Positions 1 to 9,902 of a stretch of DNA of 64,000 bases are shown here, in pieces (within the stretch, counting starts at the first letter, position 1; each line of letters begins with the position of its first letter). The position numbers were made by a program, and so were the translations under genes. The stretch comes from a virus (lineage: Duplodnaviria; Caudoviricetes): the IMG/VR virus record IMGVR_UViG_3300020469_000044, positions 1,334 through 65,333 of that record. The stretch is one strand, 5' to 3'. The notes beneath the pieces are model-generated. The model saw only the letters and a program-made list of their open reading frames with translations, made no database searches and had not been told where the DNA came from.

Positions 1-149
1 TGTTTTGTAAAATTATGATTAGTATCTCCTATATGCCTTCTTATTTTTTCATATAAAATATCAAATCCATCTGGATAAGAAGGTAGTGTCTCATGTATTC
101 CTAAAATATATTTAATAGGAAGTTTATCTTCATTTAATTGTAAACTCAT
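1..149 (-). CDS. 5' part of a hypothetical protein (runs off window start)
   Basis: ATG at 149 overlaps the uvsX TGA (ATGA); frame MSLQLNEDKLPIKYILGIHETLPSYPDGFDILYE... stays open to the window edge. Confidence 0.7.
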   Translation of the reverse strand, partial: MSLQLNEDKLPIKYILGIHETLPSYPDGFDILYEKIRRHIGDTNHNFTK

Positions 150-1261
150 TCTACTGTTTCTTCTAATATTTCGTCAACATCAACATCTTGTGAAACATCA
201 TTATAATTAAATAATGGCTGAATGTGCTCATTGATTTTTTCAAGTACTTCTTTTGTAAATACCTTTTCGGTAAAGAAGTCTTTATTTGAGACTGGCTTAT
301 CTAAGTGCTTGCAAATCCAAGTTCTTGAAGTTGCTTTAAGTTCAGGTTTTCCATTTTTATCAAAGCTTCCTCTATCAACTCCGCAAACATCCCATGAAAC
401 ATATTGTTCAAGGCCTACGTAAGGATTCATTCCTTGAGTAAAGTGTAAGTGAAATTTAATTGGAGTTGGTTTTGCAAATCTGTTTTTGTTTGGTTTTGCC
501 GTAACTATAATTCCTGTTTTCTCAGTACCTTCTTTAAGTTGTGCTTTATTTAAGAATAAAACAATTGATGCTGCATATTCAGGACCTGTACCTCCACCTG
601 CAATTTGCTGTGCAATAAAGCCTTGTGTCATATAGGTATGGTTAGTAAATAGGAAAGGTATTTTAAGATCTGCAAGAGGTGTCATAATAATTCTAAAAAT
701 AGATTTAAGAATTTTTGCTCTTGTCATATCTGCCTTTTCACTACCACTGACCGCATCATTAATTTCTTTCTGAGTTGCTAAGTTTCCAGCACTGTCAAGA
801 ATAATCATAACCTTAGGTACTGTGCCACCTGTTCTTTTTACTTCTTGCATCTTAGTCGTGATCGTTGTGATCGAATGTCTAAAATCCTGTACAGTATTTA
901 CTGGTTGATAATTAACTTTTGATAAATCAATTCCAAACTTTGTCATTAATTGCTTATCAACGGCAGCTTCACTATCATAAAAAATAACATTGTAACCCAT
1001 GTCAATTGCACGTTTTACGCTATTTAATATAAGGAAAGTTTTACCTGTGCCGGAAGGACCAGCTAATGCACAGGTTCTACTGTTTGGCCATCCACCAAAT
1101 AAGCTACCACTTACACATGCATTTAAATGATAATTACCAGTGTCAATATATTCTGTAACTTCACTAAAATCACTATTCTCCATTACACTACCTAATGGAT
1201 TTATACTTGCTAACTCAGCGTTAATATCACTGAAATTAAATTCAACTTTTTTCTTTGCCAT
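146..1261 (-). CDS. uvsX: RecA-like recombinase (T4 UvsX type)
   Basis: Walker A GPSGTGKT, FYDSE, ILDS Walker B, DMTRAK, TNHTY and GGGTG..YAAS motifs typical of UvsX. Confidence 0.95.
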   Translation of the reverse strand: MAKKKVEFNFSDINAELASINPLGSVMENSDFSEVTEYIDTGNYHLNACVSGSLFGGWPNSRTCALAGPSGTGKTFLILNSVKRAIDMGYNVIFYDSEAAVDKQLMTKFGIDLSKVNYQPVNTVQDFRHSITTITTKMQEVKRTGGTVPKVMIILDSAGNLATQKEINDAVSGSEKADMTRAKILKSIFRIIMTPLADLKIPFLFTNHTYMTQGFIAQQIAGGGTGPEYAASIVLFLNKAQLKEGTEKTGIIVTAKPNKNRFAKPTPIKFHLHFTQGMNPYVGLEQYVSWDVCGVDRGSFDKNGKPELKATSRTWICKHLDKPVSNKDFFTEKVFTKEVLEKINEHIQPLFNYNDVSQDVDVDEILEETVE

Positions 1262-1439
1262 CGTTTTTTCTTATTTTTTCAAATAAAGCTTGTTCTTTAT
1301 TTCTTATTTTTTCTAATCTTTCTACAAGTACCTGAGCTCTATCTTTAATTTCTTCCATGTGTTTTTTTAACACATTAAATTCACTCTGTACTTTAATGTA
1401 TTCCTTTAAGATCTTTTCTTCTTGCTTACTTAGTTCCAT
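1242..1439 (-). CDS. small coiled-coil hypothetical protein
   Basis: 65-aa heptad-rich ORF overlapping the uvsX start. Confidence 0.7.
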   Translation of the reverse strand: MELSKQEEKILKEYIKVQSEFNVLKKHMEEIKDRAQVLVERLEKIRNKEQALFEKIRKNDGKEKS

Positions 1440-1542
1440 CTTTTTTTATTTTATTAAAAAGTTTTCTTATATGTTCTCCTAAATCATAATTGTTTGGGAA
1501 TTTTCTTATAAGTTTTTTTATTTTTTCTTCTAAATTTTTCAT
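1426..1542 (-). CDS. small hypothetical protein (38 aa, FPNNYDLGEHIR)
   Basis: Read by hand: MKNLEEKIKKLIRKFPNNYDLGEHIRKLFNKIKKDGTK*; fills the gap between pol-C and the next ORF. Confidence 0.65.
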   Translation of the reverse strand: MKNLEEKIKKLIRKFPNNYDLGEHIRKLFNKIKKDGTK

Positions 1543-1544
1543 GT

Positions 1545-2753
1545 TTAAAATAACGCGCTAGCGTAAATTAAGTTAGTATCTAATTCTTGTAGGCCGATAG
1601 CCTTAAGAACTCTATTAATAGGATCGACCATACATTTCTCAAATTGAGTATCGTAATCGATTTCAGGTGCTATCTCATATGGATGTTCGCCTGGTAAATA
1701 TGCAAATGTATCGCAGATAGGATGTTTTGTATTATAGATCCTGAGCTTTTCACCATTTGCTATCATCTTATACTTGTTCTTGTATTTGGAATTATTGTTT
1801 AATAGATAGTTGTAAAAACCTGCTGCCTTTACATTTGGTGGACATTTAAGTCCGATTTGAAATTCTTTATTATCGTCAATAATATACTGTTGAATATTAT
1901 TAGTTCTTCTATTAAAAGAAATATCGTCTATATTTACAAGCTTAAATTCAGTTTTGCATTTTTTTAGGAACTGTACCATTTCTTGTAATTCAGTTGGACC
2001 TGGCTTTGTTCCCTTTATAAACAATAACTTAAGTGCTTCTACTAATTTTTGTCTTGCAAATAATGGAGTAGAACTTTGAATAGTATCGTAGCCAATTGTC
2101 TTAATCTTTTTAAGAGAAGGGTGTCTATCTTTTACAGAAAGCTTATCTTCCCATGCAATATCTTGGATATACTTTTTCTTTTTCATCCAAATACCTGAGT
2201 ATGCAATAGATTCTAGTTCAAATACTAAGAAATTATCAGTATTGTGGACAGTTGCATATTTTTTCATTGCTAAAGAAATAAATTCCTTAATTCTACGGTT
2301 GTAAACTTCTAATGTGAATGTTGTAACATCCATTTTTTTAGACTCATCTAGCCATTCAACAGAATCATACATTTCACCAAATTGTACATAGTTAGAATCT
2401 GTATCTATGTAAATAACAGATGGCTTATGTAATTTGCCTTTTACCTTGATTCCAAGGTCTTCGTGTAATTTAGTATCTTTATGCCAAAATTCATTAAAGT
2501 ACTTATTTAATACTGTTTCTGAATAAAGTATTGCATTTTGACCTTGAAGAGTAATAGATTCTGCAATATTAATATCGAAGAAGTGAAACCACTTGTTACC
2601 AAATGCACCATAAATACTATTTAATGATAGCTTAACGGCTTGTTCATACGCCGTATATTTATTGCTCATTATTTCATACTTATCGGCAAGAGCCTCTAAT
2701 TCTTCTATAGATAAATTATCTATATTATCTTTTGCAGTTTCTAATACTTCCAT
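1545..2753 (-). CDS. gp43: family B DNA polymerase, C-terminal subunit (gp43B-like)
   Basis: Motif B KLSLNSIYGAFG, motif C YIDTDS, KKKY, SSTP; lacks the exonuclease domain and motif A. Confidence 0.93.
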   Translation of the reverse strand: MEVLETAKDNIDNLSIEELEALADKYEIMSNKYTAYEQAVKLSLNSIYGAFGNKWFHFFDINIAESITLQGQNAILYSETVLNKYFNEFWHKDTKLHEDLGIKVKGKLHKPSVIYIDTDSNYVQFGEMYDSVEWLDESKKMDVTTFTLEVYNRRIKEFISLAMKKYATVHNTDNFLVFELESIAYSGIWMKKKKYIQDIAWEDKLSVKDRHPSLKKIKTIGYDTIQSSTPLFARQKLVEALKLLFIKGTKPGPTELQEMVQFLKKCKTEFKLVNIDDISFNRRTNNIQQYIIDDNKEFQIGLKCPPNVKAAGFYNYLLNNNSKYKNKYKMIANGEKLRIYNTKHPICDTFAYLPGEHPYEIAPEIDYDTQFEKCMVDPINRVLKAIGLQELDTNLIYASALF

Positions 2754-2756
2754 ATA

Positions 2757-3500
2757 TTATGCAGTTTGACAAGTTGAAATTGTCAATAAAGTTTCTGACT
2801 CATTAGAATCAAAGACTACTTTATTAGAAGATACATGTACATTATACTCTTCTTTATCTAAAAGAGAAAGATATTTTTTATATAATGTTGCATTTCCATC
2901 TCCATCTGCATTTTGACTTACAATAACGTTAAACGTTTTACCTTTTACTTCAACTCCTTGGCCATTTGATTTAATATCGAATGTCTCATCTTTTTCAAGA
3001 TTAAATAAAGATTTAAGTTTATTAATAGTATGATTATCAATTGGAAATTGAAATGAACCTTCTTCTTTTGCAAAAATTGCATTAATTTGTTCAGAAGTTA
3101 AATCTTTAAAACCAAGAGATGGTTCAGAACATGCTAATGTAATTTCTAACTCATCATTATAAATTCTAAATGTAGAAGCGACTAAATCTTGTTCGTTTTC
3201 TATAAACTCAATTTCACACCTAATTGCGTCATGTTCAAATTGTTTAAATGCTTCAATAATTCTACCTGCATCAAAGAAAGCAACTTTAAGTTCTTTATTT
3301 AATTGAGGAACTTCATTTGTTTGAAAGATGCTTTCAAAAGGAACTGAGTGGTGTTTTACAGCGTCTCTTTGTGGTAAATATGCTGTAGAAATAACTTGAC
3401 CATCTTTAATTTTGAAATAGATAAACGAATCTATCAATTTTAACCTATTAACAAAACTTGTAAATGCATGTTGGTCTATGCGATCTATTTGTAATTTCAT
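2757..3500 (-). CDS. probable sliding clamp (gp45-like)
   Basis: 247-aa acidic beta-rich protein next to the polymerase; size and C-terminal YNVHVSSNKVVFDS pattern resemble gp45; called mainly from context. Confidence 0.6.
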   Translation of the reverse strand: MKLQIDRIDQHAFTSFVNRLKLIDSFIYFKIKDGQVISTAYLPQRDAVKHHSVPFESIFQTNEVPQLNKELKVAFFDAGRIIEAFKQFEHDAIRCEIEFIENEQDLVASTFRIYNDELEITLACSEPSLGFKDLTSEQINAIFAKEEGSFQFPIDNHTINKLKSLFNLEKDETFDIKSNGQGVEVKGKTFNVIVSQNADGDGNATLYKKYLSLLDKEEYNVHVSSNKVVFDSNESETLLTISTCQTA

Positions 3501-3528
3501 TCTAAATAATTTATTTGTATTTAAATAT

Positions 3529-3556
3529 TTATATGTAATAAACTAATAATGTTTCA
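3529..3556 (-). promoter_or_regulatory. TGAAAC-N15-CATATAA phage promoter upstream of clamp/pol-C/uvsX
   Basis: Same bipartite motif and 15-nt spacer as copies at 9903, 12566, 27216 and 27373. Confidence 0.7.
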
Positions 3557-3571
3557 GAAAAAATATTAAGT

Positions 3572-3603
3572 AAAAAGAGGGAGAGTAGCGAACTTCTCCC
3601 TCT
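3572..3603 (-). terminator. intrinsic terminator after nrdA
   Basis: AGAGGGAGA/TCTCCCTCT inverted repeat followed by a T-run on the minus strand. Confidence 0.75.
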
Positions 3604-3658
3604 AACTTCCGTAATTAAACGGTCCTAAAGCGTGGCCACATAAAGCGCCACACTGCTT

Positions 3659-5494
3659 TTAGCCATCGCATGATACGCAATCTTCGCTAGTAGCACTTGA
3701 GGCAATGTCACCTCGTAATACACTTTCAGTTCTCATATAATAGAGAGTCTTAATACCTTGTTTATAGGCTTCTAAATGTACCATATTAATAAACTTTGGG
3801 CTTGTTGTATTTGGAAATGCAAGGTTAAGACTACATGATTGATCGATATACTGTTGTCTGACGCCTGCCTGTTTTACAAGTTCAAGTTGATTAATTTCTT
3901 TAAATGTCTTAAATACTTCCTTTGCTTCAACCCATTTAGTTTTTTCCATTGCATCAAACTTTTCCCATTCTGATTTTAAAATAACCTTACCTCCCCACAT
4001 ATTATGTTCAATCATATAGTCATCGATAAAATCTAAACCATAAATAGAACCATTATCTTCAAGAATCTTATTCCATACTGCATCTGTATTTCTATCAATT
4101 TTTTCTAAGAATTTTTCTAGTGAAATATTTTTTCTAATAAATGTACCTTTAGAAGTTTGTTCAGTAAATACATTTGCTGCCCATGGCTCAATACCTGGGC
4201 TAACATTACCGCTTAGTTTAGAATTAGTTACTGTTGGAGCTACTGCTCTTAGGTGTGTGTTTCTCATACCCGTGCCGACGCACCATAGTGGTTCTCCATA
4301 TTCTACTGCAAGTTCTCTACTTGCCGCTTCACTCTCTAATTTAATTTGAGAAAATATCTTTCTTGTTTCAAACTGTGCAGCTATGCCTTCAAATGGAATA
4401 CCTCTTTCTTGTAGATATGTATGCCAACCTAAGACACCAAGTCCAAGTGCTCTACTTTTATCAGCAGAACGTATTGAGTTCTCAAAACCTTGTCTAAATT
4501 TAGCTTTTTGAATAAACTCTTCCATAACTCCATCAAGAAACCAAGTTGCAGTTCTTATAAGATCTGTATTTTTCCACTCATCGTATTTTACAAGATTCAA
4601 TGAACTTAGACAACATATGAAACTATGATTTTCATCAGTGTGTAATGTAATTTCACTACATATATTTGTCATATAAACTTTTAAACCATTTTTAGTATAT
4701 GCTTCAGGATTGGCTCTATTAACATTCCCTTTATACATTATGTATGGTTCTCCAGTGGCTTTACGTTTTTTAATTAAGGCTGTCCAACGTTTTCTGGCTT
4801 CTTTATCACCATCTTGTATTTTTTGCATATAACTATCACTAATTACTACACATTGATGCATATTTAAACATTGTCTATTTACATCTCCTTTTGGTTCTCT
4901 AATTTCTAACCAATCCCAATAATCATCATGTTCAATATCTATATTTACTGATGCTGCTCCTCTTCTTACTGCACCTTGATTTGTAGCAAGAATTGTACTA
5001 TCGTAAATTTTACAAAATGGCACGACTCCATCTGAAGTTCCATTGTCTGTAATTTCAGCGCCTGCTGGTCTAATTTGATTTACGCCAATTCCAACTCCAC
5101 CTCCATTCTTTGCAAGTAACATCATTTCAAGATTCTTCTTTCCTATATCGTGAATAGAATCTGCGACATCAATTCCAAAACAAGAAATTGGCAATCCTCT
5201 TTCTGTACCGGTATTTGATAATACTGGAGAAGCAAGATTTAACCAACCTTTCCAAATATAATCAAAAAACTTACTTGCCATTTCTGGTCTTTTAAGTCTT
5301 TTTGCAATAGTTGTTGCGACTCTCCAATATGCATCTTTAGGAGTTTCTCCTAACATACAATATCCTTTTGAAATAGTCTTTAAATAAATTTCAGTGTGTC
5401 CCCAAACTGGATAGTCTGAGCCTCTTTCCCAACCTAGTTCTTCGGCTATTTTGTCTGCCTTAGGCGAGCTTTCTTTTTCAATAAATAGTTCCAT
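3659..5494 (-). CDS. nrdA: ribonucleotide reductase class I alpha subunit (no ATP cone)
   Basis: ISCF, GGGVG, RRGA, TNICSE catalytic loop, APT, KTLYY, C-terminal CVSC. Confidence 0.96.
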   Translation of the reverse strand: MELFIEKESSPKADKIAEELGWERGSDYPVWGHTEIYLKTISKGYCMLGETPKDAYWRVATTIAKRLKRPEMASKFFDYIWKGWLNLASPVLSNTGTERGLPISCFGIDVADSIHDIGKKNLEMMLLAKNGGGVGIGVNQIRPAGAEITDNGTSDGVVPFCKIYDSTILATNQGAVRRGAASVNIDIEHDDYWDWLEIREPKGDVNRQCLNMHQCVVISDSYMQKIQDGDKEARKRWTALIKKRKATGEPYIMYKGNVNRANPEAYTKNGLKVYMTNICSEITLHTDENHSFICCLSSLNLVKYDEWKNTDLIRTATWFLDGVMEEFIQKAKFRQGFENSIRSADKSRALGLGVLGWHTYLQERGIPFEGIAAQFETRKIFSQIKLESEAASRELAVEYGEPLWCVGTGMRNTHLRAVAPTVTNSKLSGNVSPGIEPWAANVFTEQTSKGTFIRKNISLEKFLEKIDRNTDAVWNKILEDNGSIYGLDFIDDYMIEHNMWGGKVILKSEWEKFDAMEKTKWVEAKEVFKTFKEINQLELVKQAGVRQQYIDQSCSLNLAFPNTTSPKFINMVHLEAYKQGIKTLYYMRTESVLRGDIASSATSEDCVSCDG

Positions 5495-5505
5495 GGTTTT
5501 AGTGT

Positions 5506-6504
5506 TTAAAAAATTGCTTCTTCATCCCAAACTTCATCTTCGCCTGCTTTAGAATAAGCGGTTGGCCTAATTGCAAAAAAGTCAGTATGTTCTACTCCTC
5601 CTGTTAAATGATAAAACCAGTCAAGTTCTTTTGCTGATTTTCCATCAAACTCAAAATGTTGTTCATATCCTAATTCAATAAGCTTTTCATTAGCTCTTCT
5701 TGAAATAAAGTTTTTAAGGTCATATGCTTTAAGGTTTTCTAGGTCTCCCATTTCAAATATCTTATCAATAAAATCATGTTCCATTTGAACCATGATTTCT
5801 GCAGCCTTAACTACGCTATCTTTAACTTCTTCTCTAAGTTCTGGATATTCATCGCACATTTGTCTAAATAACTTGCAACCCATTTTTGAATGCAATGACT
5901 CATCTCTAACTGACCACTTCATTTGTTGACCAATTCCTTTTAAAAGGTTTCTCATTTGAAAAGAATATAAAACTGCAAATGAACTATATAATGAAACTCC
6001 TTCTGCAAATGCTGAAAAAATTGCTAAACTTCTAGCAACTTTTCTTCTTGCATTTGGCTTTTCAGCAAGATCTTCGTGAGTATAGTCCGTGTCAACTCCT
6101 GAAAGATGCTCAAATTTATTTGCCATTGTAGGTTCATGTAAAAATGCAGCAAAATCTTCAAGTCCTAAAGTTTCATTTAAATAAGAATATGCTGTTGCGT
6201 GTATTGTTTCTTGACTACCAAAAATTATAGCCATTTGTTTTATCTCATGTTTTGGAAACCAATTTGTCACCATTGTTGTCCAATAATCACTAACTGCACA
6301 TTCAGTTTGAGCAAATCCTAAAAGAATATTACCTACAAGATTTCTCTCATGTGGCATTAAATTTTCTTTCCAATCTTTTATATCTCCTTGCATTGGTATT
6401 TCAGTATGTAGCCAAAATGCTTGAGCTTGTGGTAACCATCCTTCTGTATAATATTCTGGATATTCAAATGGTTTGTATTCTATACGTTCTTCAAATATAT
6501 TCAT
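5506..6504 (-). CDS. nrdB: ribonucleotide reductase class I beta subunit
   Basis: QETIH..AY, AEGVSLYSSF, RDESLH metal ligands, DFFA..PT.Y tail. Confidence 0.96.
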   Translation of the reverse strand: MNIFEERIEYKPFEYPEYYTEGWLPQAQAFWLHTEIPMQGDIKDWKENLMPHERNLVGNILLGFAQTECAVSDYWTTMVTNWFPKHEIKQMAIIFGSQETIHATAYSYLNETLGLEDFAAFLHEPTMANKFEHLSGVDTDYTHEDLAEKPNARRKVARSLAIFSAFAEGVSLYSSFAVLYSFQMRNLLKGIGQQMKWSVRDESLHSKMGCKLFRQMCDEYPELREEVKDSVVKAAEIMVQMEHDFIDKIFEMGDLENLKAYDLKNFISRRANEKLIELGYEQHFEFDGKSAKELDWFYHLTGGVEHTDFFAIRPTAYSKAGEDEVWDEEAIF

Positions 6505-6615
6505 TTTTTATTAAATTTTTAATTAATACACACTATCTAACTATTACGCTGAAAGTTATTTAAAACTAAAAAATAGCCGAATGACTATTTAGTTTAAGTT
6601 GCGTTGATTTATAAA

Positions 6616-6624
6616 TTATATATC
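6616..6624 (-). promoter_or_regulatory. GATATATAA motif (putative late-type promoter) upstream of nrdB
   Basis: Exact copy of the recurring intergenic GATATATAA motif. Confidence 0.5.
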
Positions 6625-6644
6625 TTGCAACTCTTTTAAGATGG

Positions 6645-8045
6645 CTAAATTAGCTGACTAATTTTTTTTCGAATTAGTCTTGCCTTTTCAAAATATTCAA
6701 AAGATTTTGCTTTATATTCTTTACGTTGACTGTATAGGTCCGTGAGGATTCTTTTTAGGACAGAATCTTCAGTTGTATAGACTGCACCGTTTTCGCAAAC
6801 AATATAATCTTTATTTTCTCTTTTTTCTTTTATCTCATGTTTTTCAACTTTTTCAACAAAAGAGTCAGGAGAAATATTAAATTGTCTCATAATTGAAGGA
6901 TATAGAGAAGCAAAGTCAAACGCACTTACTCCACTATAAAAACCTACAAGTGGCTCTTTTACAAAAGCACCTGCATAACTACCATCTTTTCTATTATTAT
7001 CTTTTCTCTCGCTCGCAATAATTTTATTTTGTTCTTTAAGTTTTCTTGCCATTAATGCCTCAGTCATAGCAACAGGACTCGCTGCTTTATAGAGTGGCAT
7101 TTGTGTAATATTTGCAAGAGTTAAAAGTACATCCATTGCCTTAATCTTTTGGTCTATATAATAGACTAAACATGAATCGACAATGTTGTAGTAAATATAT
7201 TTTCTAAAATCTTTTTCATATAATTCTTGTAGGCCACCATTATATTTAATTTTCTTTAAACCTACGATTTGACCAGACACATAATCAAGAGTATTTGATT
7301 CTTTAACCTTTACTGAACGATCATACTTGTCATACAGTTGCATATAATCAAGTATTCCCATATGAAGCGGTCTGCCATCCATTCTATCTACTGAACCTGT
7401 CTTTGCAGCTTCACTAATATCTATTTGTAGTCTTTTACAACGATTGACAATGTATTGCCAGTCATAATTAATAAAGTTCCAACCTGTCATCATTGGAAAC
7501 TTAGGCATAAATTTATGAATAAAATTATAGACCATGTCATACTCATTCTTAAACTTATAATAAGAAAGACTCCAATCGGAGTCTAGTGTTTTAAAATATT
7601 TGTTTGTGTCGTCTTCCATACCTTGAATATCTTCAAGGTCTTTTAAGCCTAAGACAATTGCCTTTCTTTCTGGTGTGATAATTGAAAATGAGAGAATGCG
7701 AGTTTTAGCTTCTTCAGGTTTTGGAAAGCCATCAACGATTTCAGTTTCAATATCTACAAAATAAGTTCTTGGTTTATTATATGCAAGAATTTCATCTCTA
7801 TCTGCTTTTGGTAATTGATCGATAAAATAAATTAATGAGAATTTATTATATTGTCTTGCGTTTGACAATTTTACAGGACGACCATCCCAATTCTGTGCAC
7901 TTTCATGTTTGTATCTGTCTTTATCATCTGTTACATACCAATTTTGAAATTGGCCAACAGGGTATCTTTTAAAACTTACTTCTCCTTCTTTATTGTAATA
8001 ACTTACAATTATTTCTTTTTCTCTTTGCTCAATATCTAATAACAT
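6645..8045 (-). CDS. gp43: family B DNA polymerase, N-terminal subunit (3'-5' exonuclease + motif A; gp43A-like)
   Basis: ExoI DIETE, ExoII GWNFINYD, ExoIII YNIVD, motif A FDFASLYPSIM, NISPD; ends in the fingers helix. Confidence 0.93.
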   Translation of the reverse strand: MLLDIEQREKEIIVSYYNKEGEVSFKRYPVGQFQNWYVTDDKDRYKHESAQNWDGRPVKLSNARQYNKFSLIYFIDQLPKADRDEILAYNKPRTYFVDIETEIVDGFPKPEEAKTRILSFSIITPERKAIVLGLKDLEDIQGMEDDTNKYFKTLDSDWSLSYYKFKNEYDMVYNFIHKFMPKFPMMTGWNFINYDWQYIVNRCKRLQIDISEAAKTGSVDRMDGRPLHMGILDYMQLYDKYDRSVKVKESNTLDYVSGQIVGLKKIKYNGGLQELYEKDFRKYIYYNIVDSCLVYYIDQKIKAMDVLLTLANITQMPLYKAASPVAMTEALMARKLKEQNKIIASERKDNNRKDGSYAGAFVKEPLVGFYSGVSAFDFASLYPSIMRQFNISPDSFVEKVEKHEIKEKRENKDYIVCENGAVYTTEDSVLKRILTDLYSQRKEYKAKSFEYFEKARLIRKKISQLI

Positions 8046-8509
8046 TAATATCCTCTTTCTTGTCGGTTAATATTTTCTTTTTGTTTTGCCATATATAGAT
8101 TTACAATATCTTCACTTGTCATGCCTATTGCGATTGCAAAGTTCATATAAAAGTGTAAACCATCGATCCATTCATAAAATAATTCAAGTTTATCTGATTT
8201 TGATAAATCATCAATTGTCATTTCACTTGCTTTTTTATTATCTTGTTTCCAATATTTCCAAGCTGCAGAACCAATACCATCGTTAATACCGCCTAAGGCA
8301 TCAAACATTTCATTTAACTCATCTGACATTGCGTGTTTATTTACCATCCACATTTCTGCAATTTCTTTAAGAGTCAAGTTTTCGTAGTTTAAACCAAGTC
8401 TACTTTGTAATTCTCTTTGTTTATTGTAAATCATACCGAAAGTATCTTTACCTTCTGAGTAGTGGTCTTTAACCTCTAAATCTGCACATTGATTATCTTC
8501 GTTTGCCAT
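8045..8509 (-). CDS. all-alpha dNTP pyrophosphatase (dUTPase/dCTPase, T4 gp56-like)
   Basis: DELNE, WKYWK, EWIDGLHF, Y.AK.KEN..RQERGY motifs. Confidence 0.85.
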   Translation of the reverse strand: MANEDNQCADLEVKDHYSEGKDTFGMIYNKQRELQSRLGLNYENLTLKEIAEMWMVNKHAMSDELNEMFDALGGINDGIGSAAWKYWKQDNKKASEMTIDDLSKSDKLELFYEWIDGLHFYMNFAIAIGMTSEDIVNLYMAKQKENINRQERGY

Positions 8510-8531
8510 TTTGTTGTTGTTTATATTTTTA

Positions 8532-9620
8532 TTAAAATAATGCAGTTTGTTTACTAATTCCTATTGTAGGTTTTGAACTTATTGTAAGATTTTCACCAGC
8601 GTCTTCAACCATTTCTTTTATTTTAGTATCGAATATATCTTTTGTCCACATATAGCTAAATACAGTTTCAGAAAGATTTTCAGCATATTCAGTTAGTTGC
8701 TCATCTGATAAAGTTTCTATATTTACCTTTGGTAAACCTAATGCATCTAAGTCTTTTTGACTTGAAAGAAGTACTGACCTTTGAATTGCAGCGTACACCC
8801 ATCTAATTCTAAACCAACCGCTGCCAGCATGTGGATATTCAGGGCAAAGTATACTCCAATACTTTCCACAAGCTTCAAACACGTCTGTTTCTGTTTTTAG
8901 TTGCTTGGCTTCTTTAATACTTTTTGCACCAAAATAATCTACTGGCCAACTTAACTTATTTCTTCTTACCCATGGCCTATGGTCTACAAGAGATGCTAAC
9001 ATATGTTTTCTTTCTTTTACTTGAGAATAATAATCTGTTGAAATATTCCAATTGTCTAAGACATAAGGAGTAAGATCTACATTATAAATCTTTTCACTGC
9101 CAATAATGTCTCTTACAAGCTGCTTATTACCCCAATCGAAGGCCGGTATAAGTGCACTATACTTAGCATCTAGCACGTCTTCAATAACCTGTCTTGCAAT
9201 ATCTTTATCGAAGTGTTGATTATCAACTCCACCGTAAAAGTGTCTCCCGTCACTCCATTTCTTTGCTATTGTTTTTTCGTAGGTTTCTTCATTTAACATT
9301 GACTTAAATGATTTCATTGTACCGTCGATTTTCCAATCTTCATGAAATAATATAACGTTATCGCATTCATTAACTGCATATAAGGCATTAAAGATTTCAC
9401 CTGAATAATTGTTAGAACCAAATTGGCCAAGACCTACTATTGCAAGTCCATATTCTGAGAGGTCATCTCCCCATTTAACTTTCTTTCGATCTACCGTGTA
9501 ACCTTGTTTTCTTAATGAATTACAGATAATACTACTATCATCTATTCTTTTTACTCTGGCTCTTTGCCAAGCATTGTCATCAGTTTGTTTGGCTGTACAG
9601 CCTGTAAATAATATTTTCAT
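8532..9620 (-). CDS. putative GT-B glycosyltransferase (DNA beta-glucosyltransferase-like)
   Basis: MKILFTG Rossmann start; C-domain ILCPEYPHAGSGWFRIRWVYA..RSVLL resembles the T4 BGT donor-binding region; lies in a nucleotide-metabolism operon. Confidence 0.55.
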   Translation of the reverse strand: MKILFTGCTAKQTDDNAWQRARVKRIDDSSIICNSLRKQGYTVDRKKVKWGDDLSEYGLAIVGLGQFGSNNYSGEIFNALYAVNECDNVILFHEDWKIDGTMKSFKSMLNEETYEKTIAKKWSDGRHFYGGVDNQHFDKDIARQVIEDVLDAKYSALIPAFDWGNKQLVRDIIGSEKIYNVDLTPYVLDNWNISTDYYSQVKERKHMLASLVDHRPWVRRNKLSWPVDYFGAKSIKEAKQLKTETDVFEACGKYWSILCPEYPHAGSGWFRIRWVYAAIQRSVLLSSQKDLDALGLPKVNIETLSDEQLTEYAENLSETVFSYMWTKDIFDTKIKEMVEDAGENLTISSKPTIGISKQTALF

Positions 9621-9886
9621 TCTTTTTCTTTTAAGTAATTGTCTAATGCTCCAATGTATGCGGCTGCATCTAGGAGGTTATCTCTTTTATGATTGTAACT
9701 TTCTCTTGAAAATTTAAGTGCTATTAAGGCCATGTACATTTCTCTGCCTGTAACTTCTAAGCCAGTCATACCATTAAAAATGGATGCTGCTCTATCCATA
9801 CCCTCACTGAAAGGGCCATATTGTCTTTCTTTTTCTTCGCTTCTATGATTGATAATTTGATCTGCTTCTTCTAGTATACTTTTCAT
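9617..9886 (-). CDS. DUF6378-like protein
   Basis: ILEEA..I...R..QYG, MIALK.SR, DNLLD.AAY pattern. Confidence 0.75.
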   Translation of the reverse strand: MKSILEEADQIINHRSEEKERQYGPFSEGMDRAASIFNGMTGLEVTGREMYMALIALKFSRESYNHKRDNLLDAAAYIGALDNYLKEKE

Positions 9887-9902
9887 ATAGTTATTTTAAA
9901 AC

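Noticed and set aside
2753-6645. Intein or intron explanation for the split polymerase
   Set aside because: No intein N/C-terminal motifs or homing endonuclease; the intervening DNA is intact nrdB, nrdA and clamp genes
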